The notes below the pieces were generated by a model. That model did not search any database, was not told where the DNA came from, and was given only the letters and a program-made list of their open reading frames with translations. From positions 73,596,001-73,660,000 of the forward strand of contig NC_045696.1 in the NCBI RefSeq assembly GCF_009834535.1: a stretch of DNA of 64,000 nucleotides, given 5' to 3'. Position numbers and translations under genes: made by a program. Below, piece after piece: positions 1-12,789 of the stretch. The first letter of the stretch is position 1, and the number at the start of each line of letters is the position of its first letter. Source of the DNA: Camelus ferus. Its lineage: Eukaryota.

Positions 1-780
1 GAATGCCCATCACCCAGTTCCACAATCTCCCTGTACAGCTCTCATCCACACAGGTCTCTGTTCAACTTCTGTGCAACAGTTATGTAACATAAAGATACTG
101 AACAAAACAGTGTACACAATAAATATTCATAAGGATAGAACTGTGGAGGAGGGAGAGTGTAACCAAAGTATCTAGAATTGACTGAAACAATGATCTCAAA
201 TCCAGTAAAAATGGAAGAAGTCCTTCATATTCTGCAATCAGTGTTAGACTACCTCTGGAAGAAGAGTCAAGAGTTGCTGAAAATAGATGAGTTGGAGTCT
301 CCTGGACCCATAAAGCCTATAAGATCCTTACTGGACCTACCATAAGCAAAGAAACAATCACAGGATACTCCACGATGGCAAGCAAATGTTCTATGAAGAC
401 AAAATCACATGATCACTATCATAATATGAAAGCAGGCCATGAAAATCACAATTCTGGAATGGATAAAGGGCCTATCCTTGAGAAGATGAAGTTACCAAGA
501 GCTGTAGCTCCTTTTTTCATCCCCAGTGTGGAGTACATCTACATATTTATTGAGTATCTTCCTCCCTGGTCATGCCACTTGCCTCCCAGAGAAACTCTGA
601 CCAAAAATGGCTGCTCTTGGGTGCCAATGCTATCGTAAGCCACTTGACTCCTTTTGAGTATACCATTACTGAACTCGTAGTTAAGAGCACTGACCAAAGA
701 ACCCGGAGACAGTTCATGGATACATGGGGCAAGTGACTAAAGATAGGAACTCTGAGCTGAAAGACTCAAGACAGTTCTCC
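1..780 (+). mobile_element. Highly decayed Ty3/Gypsy-type pol remnant (RT to RNase H), MamGyp-like
   Basis: Degenerate motifs appear in the expected order across frames: QFHNLPVQLSS (~QFxRLPFGLSS), VYTINIHKDRTVEE (~VYxDDIxxxGRTxEE), ESPGPIKPIRSLLDL (~xPxxxKxxRSFLGL), LEKMK..AP, LTPFEYTITEL (~LTPAExxYTxxEL), F..WG. Many stops and indels. Confidence 0.55.
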
Positions 781-1496
781 AACTGACACTGACAATGTTG
801 TCACCTCTAACAATAATCCCAGGCTGGCACATGGAAACCTTTTCATTCCAAGGGGAACTATCAAAATAGAATAAAGGCCATCAGTTCAAGTATTATGGTT
901 TCTGCTTTTAAATTGGATTTACGTTATATGATACTTGCTAAAAGGTAAGTTCACAAGGCAGGAATTTTTTTCAGTGATACACTTTCTATGTGCTAGACAC
1001 TATATATTTTTCATTTATCATGTATTACTATGTCTAGGAAAAACTGATACTAGAGATGGAAAAAATCATAGGAAACTTACTGCCCAGTCTTGTGAGGGCT
1101 CATCTAAGAAATAAACTATTCAATAAATCTTTATATTAAAAAAGTATAAATATCTATATAACTTAAGTAGAAACAAAAGAGGTGTTCAAAGGATCAGTTG
1201 TTAGTTAGATACTTATAGTTAAATGTGAACTGAATTCAGTTATTGAGAGAAATAAAAAAGAAATTAAGCAAGATGAAAAAGATACACACAAGTTACATGT
1301 AAATTTGCTCACAAAAATTATCCTATTGTTCTATAACAACAAGCAATTGTAATCATCCATAGGCACATACAGTCTTTAAAATGTATTCTACTAATGAATC
1401 CTTAAAGACACAGTAAAACTAGTCAAATTTCCATATCATCCAGCTATAACAAGTCAATTTGATCCTTATCTCACTGACCTCACACTTTTAATTTCT

Positions 1497-1680
1497 GGAA
1501 ATCTCAAACTTTAGGGTGCATTAGAATCACCTGGATGCCTTGATAAAACAGATTGCTGGGCACCATTCCAGAGATCTGATTCAGTAGGTCTTGGGTGCAG
1601 ATCAAGTGTCTGCATCTGTAGTAAGTTTCCAGGTCATCCTGATGCTGCTGGTCCAGGGATCACACTTTGAGAACCTCTGC
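1497..1680 (+). mobile_element. MER5A hAT-Charlie DNA transposon
   Basis: ctcaaactttagggtgcattagaatcacctgg...gattcagtaggtc...cacactttgagaacc matches the MER5A consensus as recalled. Confidence 0.9.
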
Positions 1681-1762
1681 CCTAGAGTATTCACTTTTTA
1701 ACACACCTGAATTTTCAAAATCTCACAGCCCAGTTAAGTCATTCTTAGGCCTATGTATTTGA

Positions 1763-2024
1763 TTATATGAATAGTGTGTCATGTGTGAAAGAGGCTAAAG
1801 TCAGCTTATTCATATATGCTTTAGGTAAAACTGATCTTCCAAAAGTACTTTTTGCTAAAATAAATTCTTCAAAGAAGTTCATTTCTATCTTTGTTAAAGC
1901 ATATTTGAATTGAGATAAATTCCTTCTAACATATGGTATATTATCTTGAGTTTGGAGATCTTTTAAATGCTTACTCTGTGTCTTTTTGAAGTCATGTAAT
2001 CTTAATACAGCTAAATATTTTCAC
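1763..2024 (-). pseudogene. Decayed exon of putative RGSL1/RGS22-like pseudogene
   Basis: Acceptor ...gagtccttaag at 2025. After a 1-nt slip (GTG AAA A TAT) there are 85 open codons: KYLAVLRLHDFKKTQSKHLKDLQTQDNIPYVRRNLSQFKYALTKIEMNFFEEFILAKSTFG... Confidence 0.5.
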
Positions 2025-2092
2025 CTTAAGGACTCAGAGGAAATCTTATTACAGAACATCAACTACTCTAAAAAATTGTAAAACAAATTGAC

Positions 2093-2168
2093 CTTGGCTT
2101 CTTCACTGAGTACTTCAATGTAGTGTATCAGTTCCTTAGAATACAGTAACTGGGTAAAAGAGTTCAAT
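2093..2168 (-). pseudogene. 76-nt exon of putative RGSL1/RGS22-like pseudogene
   Basis: ttgtattttggtttaag | ... AAG | gtcaat. The single open frame LNSFTQLLYSKELIHYIEVLSEEAK resembles recalled RGSL1 SFEELCYKNPKMAIQKISDDYK. Confidence 0.55.
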
Positions 2169-2291
2169 CTTAAACCAAAATACAATGAAGCAGTAATATG
2201 TTAAAGACATCCAAAATAAAAGCAGTCATTTACAGGGGCTATAGAGTAATCATGAATTCAATAAAAGCACTTTTAAACAGTAAAAACTTAC

Positions 2292-2692
2292 TTGAATGTT
2301 TTGTTAATATTGAAGACTCTCACTTTCTTCCGAAGTATTTAACAAATTTGTATGGAGGGAGGCCAAACAGAAACACAGAATTACCTCTGTCCCAGTTCAT
2401 TGCAGGGTCTCTTCTGAAGGGAGGTCCAACCTTGTTATCTTACAGGAAGCATCTAGATGAAAGTCATCATGCTATTTTTTTATTCCCCATAGTCAGAAAC
2501 CTCCAAACCCTTTGTAATTTTATAGATTTCATTCCTATGAGAAAACAATTCTCAATTTATGATGAATATTCAGGTTCACTTCCAGGATATATGACTGGAT
2601 ATTTCTTTAAGGAATCTTCTAAGTCATCAAGTACTGAATTTCTTATGAATGACTTGAGTAATTCCCAAGACAATATTCACCTCGCCTTTCAT
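2292..2692 (-). pseudogene. 401-nt frameshifted exon of putative RGSL1/RGS22-like pseudogene
   Basis: Acceptor ttggttttttatatatag and donor CAA|gtaagt, followed by a 123-nt intron to the next exon. Pieces: DERRGEYCLG / LLKSFIRNSVLDDLEDSLKKYPVIYP / ITRLDLPSEE, resembling RGS C-terminal helices. Confidence 0.55.
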
Positions 2693-3049
2693 CTATATAT
2701 AAAAAACCAATTGCATCAGCTATTTACAAGCTGAGTTCCAAGCTACACATTCACCACTCAAAAGTTTATCGAAATTATTCAGTTGGCAGAAAGAACAAGA
2801 AACCAAAAACTGACCTAATTATTAGAGTTAGCTTCATGATTAAAGCAGCCAGTGAGTTATTTGAGCATTTGCTTATGGTGATTGGTCAAAAAGCATTCAC
2901 TGATACTGTCTATTGTATAGACTTAACAAGTTTCAAACTTAATGAATCAGAACACTAGTAAGGTATGCTGGCTTAAAAAAAAAAATTATTTAAGACGTCT
3001 TTGAATAATCCTGAAAAGAAAGACAAGTTTAAATGCACAAACTATATAA

Positions 3050-3197
3050 TCCATTGGTTAGCAATCCTGACCTCATGTCAATATTATCTGTGAAGATTTT
3101 AAAAATACCGATAGCAACACTCCACCTCCAGAGATTTTTTTAAAAATTGGTTTATGGTTGATTTAAGCATGATTCTGATGTGCAACAGAACCACTGA
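3050..3197 (+). mobile_element. Degraded MER5B-like element
   Basis: ...aaaaataccgat...ccacctccagagatt...gattctgatgtgca...gaaccactg. Confidence 0.55.
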
Positions 3198-3312
3198 CCT
3201 AGTTTAGAAAACTACCAGAGGATATTTACCAATCAATCAAAAACTTCTATTTTTCTTAAATATCAAATGAATAATTGTTTCCTAATAATTTGCATAATTG
3301 GGTTAAATGGGA

Positions 3313-3449
3313 TAGAGTGACCATCTAATTTATTCTCCAAACCAAGACACTTTTGGAAGTGAAAGGGGTTACTACTTGTGATTGACTCAGGACTACAGGG
3401 GCAAACTAGCACCGTCCAAGGCAAAATAGAGGACCATATGGTCACTCTA
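3313..3449 (+). mobile_element. MER94 (hAT-Blackjack) MITE
   Basis: Perfect 12-bp terminal inverted repeats tagagtgaccat / atggtcactcta; ~137 bp; internal sequence matches recalled MER94. Confidence 0.85.
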
Positions 3450-3853
3450 CTTATAGAAGAGTTACTGGATTTTTAAAGCTATATAATTTGTATCTGAGAT
3501 TTTTTATATAGTGTACAGTTATATATGCCAAAAGATTTTGAGGTTTTTAAATGACAGAAGACAGTTCAAATAACACTTGAAAGGTTAACATTTAGATTCT
3601 CAACCCACTAGATAAATGCTTATTTACTTAGGATCATGTGTAAAAAGAAGATTTTGGGGCTAAATTAAGATTTGCTGGGAGAGCAAACTAAAATAGTAGA
3701 GATAATATTTTAAATATCATTAATTTTCTGTGCCAACCCCATTTCAGTGGATAATCACATGCAATAATGCTGACTCTCAAAAATGGTAGATTAAAGTAAT
3801 TCATTTCTGTATTTAATTAAAATTGAGAAAGTAGGAACTAATAATATAATGCG

Positions 3854-4416
3854 TGTCAGAGCTGCATGTGTGCAGCATCAAAGATAAGAAGTGGATTGCA
3901 ACAAGGGTTTTATTCTTGAGTTCCTTGAAAATTCACAAGGAAAGCAGGGCATGGAAGCTGGTGGCTGCCACACAGACACATGATGTCATGTGAAGCAGCT
4001 CTTTTGTTAGCTGAGTTGCTGGAAGCTGTTCCCTTGGTCCTCTAATCACTCAAGGTCACCAGCAACATTGTCCGTGTACACCCAGTGTGACAGCCTCTGC
4101 TTCCTCTGTGGAATCTATAGATTTATCAGCTTTGGGGTGTTTTTAGTGGTAATCTCTAGTATCAGATCTCAATGCCAGTTGGGCTTGAATATGATAGACA
4201 AAATGTCCTGTTCTGCACAGAGACTTAAATGAAAGGGTCACAGATCCCTGGGGGAATGAAAAAAAAACACAGAGACAGAATATACTGCTCTATAAATCGC
4301 ACCAGATCTCTAGATAAGATTGACTTAACTGTTTCCTCCATGCCCTTTCTGAATTTCTGAAGTCCTCAGAGTGCAATGACTAACTGCTTGTTTCCCTATT
4401 TTAAAGAAAGTCTGAC
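3854..4416 (-). mobile_element. Probable ancient solo LTR (family unresolved)
   Basis: Termini tgtcaga...tctgaca, ~560 bp, minus-strand AATAAA near 3910; no TSD seen. Confidence 0.4.
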
Positions 4417-5149
4417 ACAGGGTTATCAGGATGCCACTCTCTGCACAGATTATGGATACCTCTAATCCAGGGCAGATCTCAGTTTACAGGGGCGTTACCC
4501 ACTTGTATCAGAACTGCTTCTATTTACTATAGTCACACTAGGTAGTGACTACAGGTATGAAATTAAGTTCCATGAAAGACTTTGTCTGTAGCCAGAAACT
4601 GGAACAAGAGATTTTAAGAGTATTTCAGGGGACAGAACAGCCTAATCTTAAAACAAGCAAACAAATAAGCAGACAAAAACAAAAACAAGAAAACAAAAAA
4701 ACGCCTCACACAAGTATTTTTATTTGCATCCCAGCACCATGCAGCCCTTAAAGAGGCTCTCCCAAAATGCATGCTTTATATCAAGTGCTTGAAATGATTA
4801 GAGATTATCCAGAACAATAGTTTCCTAATCAAATGTTTTGGGGAATGTTGAATTAAAGTTAAATGGATTTTATCACAGCAGCCTCTCCAGGGTCTAAAAT
4901 GAACAATGAATTTCAAAAATGAAATAGGATGTGTTTCCACAAAATTCTGAGGTCATAAAGCCTTTTTTTTTTTTTTTTGTTAGGGAAGCCCATAGAATTA
5001 GTAGTCTGCAGAATATACTGTAGGACATACTATATCATGATCAATAATTTTTTAAATCAAACATCTTTCCTTAACCTCCCTGGTACAACTTAAACCAATA
5101 TTTTTTGTCCCAAACTTTGTAAAAATTAAGAACATTAAACATCAACCAA

Positions 5150-6124
5150 AAAGACTATCACTAGTAACTAACATATCTTTTAAGAATGAAAGTGAAGTAT
5201 AGCTACTAACAGACAAATACAACTGAGTTACTATCAGCAAACTTTTTTTAAAAAGAAATACTAAAAGGTATTCTTTAGGGAAAAAAAAAAAATCCCAGAT
5301 AGATGTGCAGAGGTCCAGACATAATTAATAATAATGAAAAGTGTAAAAAGATGGGTAAATTGAGAGAAGGATTAATGGAGTTAAAGTACTAAGATCTCTA
5401 AATTGTCCAGGAAGTGGTAATAACACAAATTTAAATTAGACTTTAAATCAAAGATTAATATTATAATACCTATATTTACTGATAAAAGTATATAACTATT
5501 AAATGTATGTTTCCATTATGGAACAGGCAAAATTACAGGAATAGAAGACAGATCAGTGGTTTCCTGGAGTTAGTGGTGAGGGTAGCAGTTTATTTAAAAT
5601 GATTATGTGAAGGAATTTTTTGGATGATGGAAATATTGGAAATATTCTCTACTTTGATCATGGTTGGGATTTTATGATTATATACTTGTCCAAAATCATA
5701 GAACTATACACTAAAATTGTTATTTTTTTACTACATGTAAATTAAAAAGTGATTTAAACTATCAAGCTTCAAAAAAGAGTACATAAAATGGTTTTCCAAG
5801 AACACGATATATCAGAAGAGTTCTAACTGTGAACATACATGTATACTATGACCTAGCAACCCAACACTTAGGTATATGCTCAATATAAAATTGTGCACAT
5901 GTGCTCCAAGTACATGTTCAAAAATGTTCAAAAAACACTTACTTAATAGCTCCAAACTAAAACCAACCTTAATGTCTACTAATAGTAGAATCAATGCCTC
6001 AATTGTTGTGACATACAATAGAATACCAACTATTAAAATGAAAGAACTACAATCACATGCAACAACATGAGTAATCTCATAATGCTGAGTGAAAGGAGTT
6101 AGATACAAAATACATAGTATATGA
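5150..6124 (+). mobile_element. Old L1 (L1ME-like) fragments; last piece resumes at 9198-9420
   Basis: L1ME-type 3' motifs (acagatcagtggtt, aaaatcatagaactatacac, tatgacctagcaa...). Confidence 0.75.
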
Positions 6125-9100
6125 AGAAATACAAAGGGTCATAAGAGAATATTATGAGCAGCTATATGCCAATAAACTGGACAACCTAGAAGAAATGGAC
6201 AAATTCTTAAAAAGACTGAACCAGAAAGAAATAGAAAATGTGAACAGACCAATTACTAGTACTAAAATTGAATCAGTAATTTTAAAACTCCCAAGAAACA
6301 GAAGTCCAGGACTACATGGCTTCACAGGGTAATTATACCACACATTTAGAGAAGAGTTAACACCCATCCTTCAGAAACTATTCCAAATAGTTACAGAGAA
6401 AGGAACACTTCTGAACTCACTCCATGAGGCCACGATCACCTTGCTACCAAAACCAGACAAAGATATCACAAAAAAAGAAAATTATAGGCCAATATCACTG
6501 ATGAACATAGATGCAAAACTCTAAAAAAATACTAGCAAACCTAATTCAACAATATGTTAAAAGGATCACATCCTATGATCAAGTGGGATTTATCCCAGGG
6601 ATGCAAGGATTTTTCACCATCTGCAAATCAATGTGATATACCACATTAACAAACTTTAGAATAAAAACCGTATGATTTCAATAGATGTATAAAAAGCTTT
6701 TAATAAAACTCAACAACCATTTATGTTAAAAAAAAATTCTCCCAAAAGCAGGCATAGAGGGAACATACCTCAACATAATAGAGTCCATATATGACAAACC
6801 CACGGCTAACATCATACTCAATGGTGAAAAGCTGAAAGCATTCCCTCTAAGATCAGGAAAAAGACAAGGATGCTCACTTTTGCCATTTTTATTCAACATA
6901 GATTTGGAAGTTCTAGACACAGCAGAGAAGAAAAAGGAATAAAAGGAATACAAATTGGAAACAAAGAAGTAAAACTGTCACTGTTTCCAAATGGTAAGAT
7001 ACTGTACATAGAAAATCCTAAAGATGCCACCAGAAAACTACTAGAACTCATCAATGAATTTGGTAAAGTTGCAGGATACTAAACTAATATTCAGAAATCT
7101 GTTGCATTTCTATACACTAACAATGAAATGGCAGAAAAAGAAATTAAGGAAACAATTCCATTTACCACCACATCAAAAAGGATAAAATAGGAATAAACCT
7201 ACCTAAGAAGGCAAAACTATAAGATGCAGATGAAAGAAACTGAATACAACACAGACAGAAAGATATACCGTGTTCTTGGATTGGAATAATGAATATTGTT
7301 ACAAATGACCATACTACCAAAGGCAATCTACAGATTCAATGCAAACCCTATCAAATTACCAATGGAATTTTTCACAGAACTGGAACAAAAAAATTTTTTT
7401 TAATTTGTATGGAAACACAAAAGACCCCAAAGAGCCAAAACAATCTTGAGAAAGAAAAATGGAGCTAGAGGATTCATGCTCCCTGACTTCACGCTATACT
7501 ACAAAGCTACAATAATCAAAATAGCATGGTACTGGCACAATACCAGACACATAGATCAATGGAATAGGATCAAAAGCCCAGAAAAAAAACATGCACTTAT
7601 GGTCAATCTACAATAAAGGAGGCAAGAATACACAATGGAGAAAAGACAGTGTCTTCAAAAAATGGTGGTGGGAAAACTGGAAAGCTACATGTAAAAGGAT
7701 GAAATTAGAACATTCTCTAACACCATATACAAAATAAACAGAATGGACTAAGGACCTAAATGTAAGACCGGATACTATAACACTCCTAGAGGAAAACAGG
7801 CAGAACACTCTAACATAAATCTTAGCAATCTTTTTTGGACTTGTCTCCTAGAGTAATGGAAACAAAAGCAAAAATAAACAAATGGGACTTAATTAAACTT
7901 AAAAGCTTTTGCACAGCAAAGGAAACCATAAACAAAACAAAAAGGCAACCTATGGAATGGGACAAAATATTTGCAAATGATGCGATCAACAAGGGATTAA
8001 TTTCCAAGATATACAAACAGCTCATACAGCTCAAAATCAAAAAAAAAAAAAAAAAAAACCCAATCAAAAAATAACCAGAAGCCTTAAATAGACATTTCTC
8101 CAAAGAAGACATACAGATGGCCAACATGAACATGAAAAGATGCTGAACATCACTAATTTTTAGAGAAATGCAAATCAAAACTACCATGAGGTATCACCTC
8201 ACATCAATCAGAATGGTCACTATCAAAAGGTCTACAAATAATAAATGCTGGAGAGGGCATGGAGAAAAGAAATCCCTCCTATGCTGTTGGTGGGAATGTA
8301 AATTGTTACAGCCACTATGGAGAACAGAATGGAGGTTCCTTAAAAAACTAAAAATAGAGTTACCATATGATCCAGCAATCTCAGTCCTGGGCATAGATCC
8401 AAAAAATATGAAAACTCTAATTTGAAAAGATACATGCACCACAATGTTCATAGCAGTACTATTCACAATAGCCAAGATATGGAAGCAACCTAAATATCCA
8501 CTGACAGATGAATGGTTTAAGAATATGTGATATATATACATACACATATATATATATATACACAATGGAATATCACTCAGCCATAAAAAAAAAATCAAAT
8601 AATGCCATTTGCATCACATGGATGGATCTAGAGATTACCATACTGTATAAAATAAGTTAGACAGAAGAAGACAAATATCATATTATATTACTTATATGTA
8701 GAATCTAAAAAAATGATACAAATGAACTTATTAACAAGACAGAAATAGATTTGCTGACACAGAAAACAAACTTATGGTTACCAAAGTGGGTGGGGATAAA
8801 TTAGGAATTGGGGATTAACAGATACACACTGCTATATATAAAATAGATAAACAAGGACCTACTGTATAGTACAGGAACTACGTTCAATATATTGTAATAA
8901 CCTACGATGGTAAAGGATCTGAAAAAGAAGAGATAGATAGATAGCTATATAACTGAATCACTTTGCTGTACACCTGAAACATTGTGAGTCAATTATACTT
9001 CAGTAAATTTTTAGAAATCTCCAAGGAATATCATTTTAGGAATATATTTTTGTATACCCTTATTGATTCCTTTAGGATAAATCTTTAAAAGTGAAATTTT

Positions 9101-9197
9101 TCAGGTCAAATTACATTTTGAAATTACTTTGCTTTAAAGATTCTATATATTTTCCTAGCTTTTGCAGACAATAAAAGTATTTACTGACCAAAAAAAA
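6125..9197 (+). mobile_element. 5'-truncated artiodactyl-type L1 (ORF2 3' part + 3'UTR) with ~185-bp 3' transduction
   Basis: ORF2 fragments ([37 protein letters not shown]). The L1 ends near 9007, then unique sequence, AATAAA at 9170-9175, A8, and a degenerate TSD aaaata..tatatga. Confidence 0.95.
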
Positions 9198-9829
9198 TAT
9201 ATATATATATTATATGACTTCACTTGTATAACCATACTGTACAGGGTTTAGTCTCCTATGAGAGTTTAGTCTTGTTTAAAAGAGTGAAGGGTATAGAAGG
9301 GGCACTGGCAATGTTCTAGCTCTCGACGTGAGTAGTGGCTACATGGTCACCTAATGATAATTCATTGAGCTCTAAATTCTTGATTGGTGCTTTTTTCTGT
9401 ATTATGTTATAGTTCACTGTTTTTTTTTAATGTAGTTAAATCATTTTTAAAAGGTTCTCAGCAATAATAATAAATTATTCCTAAAGTAATTCCTCAAATC
9501 TCAGTTTAATCTCAGTCTGTGGCTTGTGAGTGAAGCAATAAGTAAAAAAGGTAAAGAGAATGTATAACAGATGAGACATCTATACAATTGCCATGATTTC
9601 AGTGGGTAACCAAAGCCCTCGGCTAGTATTAGTTGTGATTATCTAACTGTGCTACTGATGAATAACTAAATAACACCTACTACTTGCAAGACTACCCAAC
9701 TGTTAGATATTTTGTGAGGGCTGCAGTAATTTAAATTATCAGACAAGAATCACAATGTAGAATTCTTTTTTTTTTTTTTTTTTTTGTTTTGAGATGAGAA
9801 GAGAATAAATTATTTGAAGTCCTTTCCTA

Positions 9830-10000
9830 ACATTACAGAATGTTGGATTTGGAAGCACCACAAGAGATTACCTACTCAGTTTGACACCTGGAGAGGCTAA
9901 ATATCTGGTCAAGATCAAGGTCATACATGTGGTGGCAAAGTTGGGAAAATAACTCACAACTATTTCTAGTGCAAAGCATTTTCCATTTCTCCAGGCTGCT
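9830..10000 (-). mobile_element. MIR3/MIR fragment
   Basis: cagaatgttggatttggaag...aaggtcatacat...gcattttccatt. Confidence 0.55.
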
Positions 10001-10349
10001 TCCCTACCCCACCTGTTTTGGTATAACAAAATCATAACAGGTTAGGAAATCTTTTTTATTTTTAACCCCAGAAAATTTAAAGTAAAGAGTTGTGCACCTT
10101 TTGTCTTGACTTGCTTTTAAGAATAGGGTCTATCTTTTTTTTAATGTAACTGCCTTTGTACCTCATTCTCACAGCACTTCTGCTGGAATTTACACCTTTG
10201 CAAAATGCAAAAAAAATGCTCTTACTTAGAAATTAACTACACTGCTTACCTTCCAAATTCAGTTTTTAGAAGATAGTATAATGCAATTCCCAAGTAGGTA
10301 AAGACATACTTAGAGAAAACTACCAGCTACCCAATAAGTATATATCTAC

Positions 10350-10521
10350 CTTTTATATCCAGGGCCTCTGAGTTTCCAAATTGCCCAAATGAAACAGTGC
10401 TGACAATGAATGTTCTTTGTAGAGGAAATTTGCTATAATAATTCCATTTCAGTTCTCTACACATTTTTATTCCCATTACATCTATTACCTGGTAACCATG
10501 GAAGCATATATCACAGAGGAA
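10350..10521 (-). pseudogene. 172-nt exon of putative RGSL1/RGS22-like pseudogene
   Basis: Strong acceptor tttgtttttcttgcag and donor AAG|gtagat. Fully open: FLCDICFHGYQVIDVMGIKMCRELKWNYYSKFPLQRTFIVSTVSFGQFGNSEALDIK. Phase 1 joins the 2692 exon as ...DIK-D-ERRG. Confidence 0.6.
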
Positions 10522-10824
10522 CTGCAAGAAAAACAAATCTGAAATATACACTTTGAAACACATTGGTACAAACAATGCCCCTTTCAATAACCATTATACC
10601 TGGAATCTTTTCTCTTTACCAGATTTTAAGTCATCAATTGTACATACAATTGTATGCCTAATAAAAAGGGTTTTTCTTATAGTCAGATGCCACATAGAGG
10701 AGTTGATATTGAGGTCATATATAATAAATGTCTCTAAGGTTAATAAAAACTATCCAATCTGTTTCTCTGGAAGCATCTTTAACATTAATCATTAATGCAA
10801 AACAAACAAAATATTTATTATGCC

Positions 10825-11010
10825 TAAATATCTCTGGAAGGGTTCACAAAAACCTGGTTATGGTGTAACCTCTGAGAGGGGAACTTTGAGAGAAAAGTAG
10901 ACAGAACTTATTTTTATTCTCTTCTGTAATGTTTAAGTATTTATTTCCTATTTAAAATGAATTAAAAATAATTAAGGCCACGGTTACTTATAAGTTACTT
11001 TTTAATTAAA
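10825..11010 (+). mobile_element. L1ME/L1MC 3'UTR fragment
   Basis: tctctggaagggttcacaaaaacc...aacctctgagagggg...cttctgtaatgttt. Confidence 0.6.
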
Positions 11011-11367
11011 AAATAATAAATTATCTTTGTATTTCTCCTGATATCACCAACTGCTCCCCAAACATATATACACACAGAGGGCTATGATTTCCTAATAGGT
11101 ATTTTCTGGCACTGAGACTATTTTTCAAAAGGCTGAAAAGCCAATCAAGTACTCATCTATTCCCAGAGCCTTCTTAGATAGTATCTCTCTTTAGATACTC
11201 AAAACATAAAAATTAGAAATTACATCTCTTTTCCTAGACAGTAGGCACCTAACTATCTTCTCTGCCAAAAATTGGCTAACCTTAGGGTCTCCAGGAGGCA
11301 CTAAACCATTTCCCCATCAAAAGGGAGTTGCTATCGTATTCTCTTAAGGACACACAGAATGACTCTG

Positions 11368-11746
11368 TGACACCTATAATGCTAGAGAGGAAAATTTTGG
11401 ATTGTGACTGCCCCTCCTAGACTGTAACCAACCTCTCACTTCTCACCCTGGAGGTTGGGTGAGTTAATCAGTTGGAGGACCAGGGCAGTTGGGCGACATT
11501 TCTCAGTTTAGCGAAGCTAATTTAAGCCAAAGTCTCAGGCATGGAGCTTTGGATCTCAGTCTCCTTCTTTATCCAGCCAGCTCAGAGGGAGACATCAGCC
11601 TGGGAAAGTGTTACTGCTTATAATACTCAAAGTAAGCTATGTCCTGCAATCTATCACCAATAAACCTGATAGACTTATTTTCCACCTGCATATTCTATTG
11701 TCTTACTTTTCAATTGGTTTGAGTTGGAATAAAGAAAAGGGGTGCC
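11368..11746 (+). mobile_element. Ancient solo LTR (possibly Gypsy-type LTR81/MamGypLTR)
   Basis: tgtgacacc...aataaacctg...ggtgcca: TG..CA ends with inverted-repeat character and an internal polyA signal. Confidence 0.45.
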
Positions 11747-11889
11747 ATTTATTGAAATATATTTTTTAAAAAACCTCTAACAGAAATATTATCATATAAA
11801 ATGTATATATTGGTTACAAAATGTACTCTAATTCCAGAAACATTAAATGGCTGGGAGTGAGGGTTTTTGAAGCAAGGAAACAGGATGTA

Positions 11890-12340
11890 CCCTTATAACC
11901 CAAATAATTCAATCTCACTCCTCCCTCAATTGTTAAATTCCTAATTCTGGCATCCTTTACTATCCTAAGCCTAGGAACTGACGAACGCATCTTTAGAAAC
12001 TAATAATCAGGTAGTAGACTATATTTCATTCTTAAATGGGAACAATAATAATGCATTCACAACCCATCCAAAAATCCTCACTAATCACTCCAAATACCAA
12101 TAAAGCACACTTACATGGCTATATAACAACTCACCAAGGATTTCTGCATAACATAAAATGTTCAGTACACCAATAACCTAATCATTAAACTCAAAAACCC
12201 TATTAGCTAGGCCTATTTGTGGACAATACACATAGAAAATGGACAGTCTCAGATAATAATCCCTTCTTATCTATTTTTAATGTAAATAACAATAAAATAA
12301 TGTGTTAAATAAAAATAAAATCTAAACTGAACCCCGAGTT
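11890..12340 (+). pseudogene. Old, fragmented nuclear mitochondrial insertion (ND5-like)
   Basis: G-poor, C/A-rich composition. Segments such as aataacctaatcattaaactc..cctattagctaggcctatttgtgga (~NNPxxxNSIKRLLxGSLFAG), tactatcctaagc..ctttagaaactaataat, and ...ccccgag near the ND5/ND6 junction. Confidence 0.55.
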
Positions 12341-12559
12341 AGCAGCCCCAGGCACCTTACAGAAGAAAACACAGGGCTGATGAAAGGATAAACACTCAGA
12401 GACTCTACAACATATTTAAACAATAGAACCAAAAAACCAGCATCCTATTGAGAAAACATGTAAGATGAGGCCAGCTCTCACCCACATCCTCTCTCTCTCT
12501 CCCTTCTTCCCTCTTTCCTTCCTTAAAAAAAAAAAAAAAAAAAAAAAAAGATTAGGGAA

Positions 12560-12785
12560 AGGGATTCACATCGGTTGAATACATTAAATACCAGCCACAT
12601 TATAGTACTTTCTCATACAATCCCTATGAGACAGGTATGATTGCCTTCAGTCTGCAGATGACAACACTGAGGCTCCGAGTTTAAGTTAATGACCCAGAAG
12701 TCAGGTAACAACACAAATGACGAGTAACAGAGCTGAGATCCAACTCCTTTCTGACCTAAAAGCCCCAGCTTTTCCCATGAACTCC
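12560..12785 (-). mobile_element. MIR SINE
   Basis: Core tgcagatgacaacactgaggctccgag...ttaagttaatgaccca. Confidence 0.8.
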
Positions 12786-12789
12786 ACTG

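Noticed and set aside
2198..2734. 178-aa plus-strand ORF
   Set aside because: No recognisable protein. It lies antisense to the 401-nt pseudo-exon, whose splice signals are on the minus strand.
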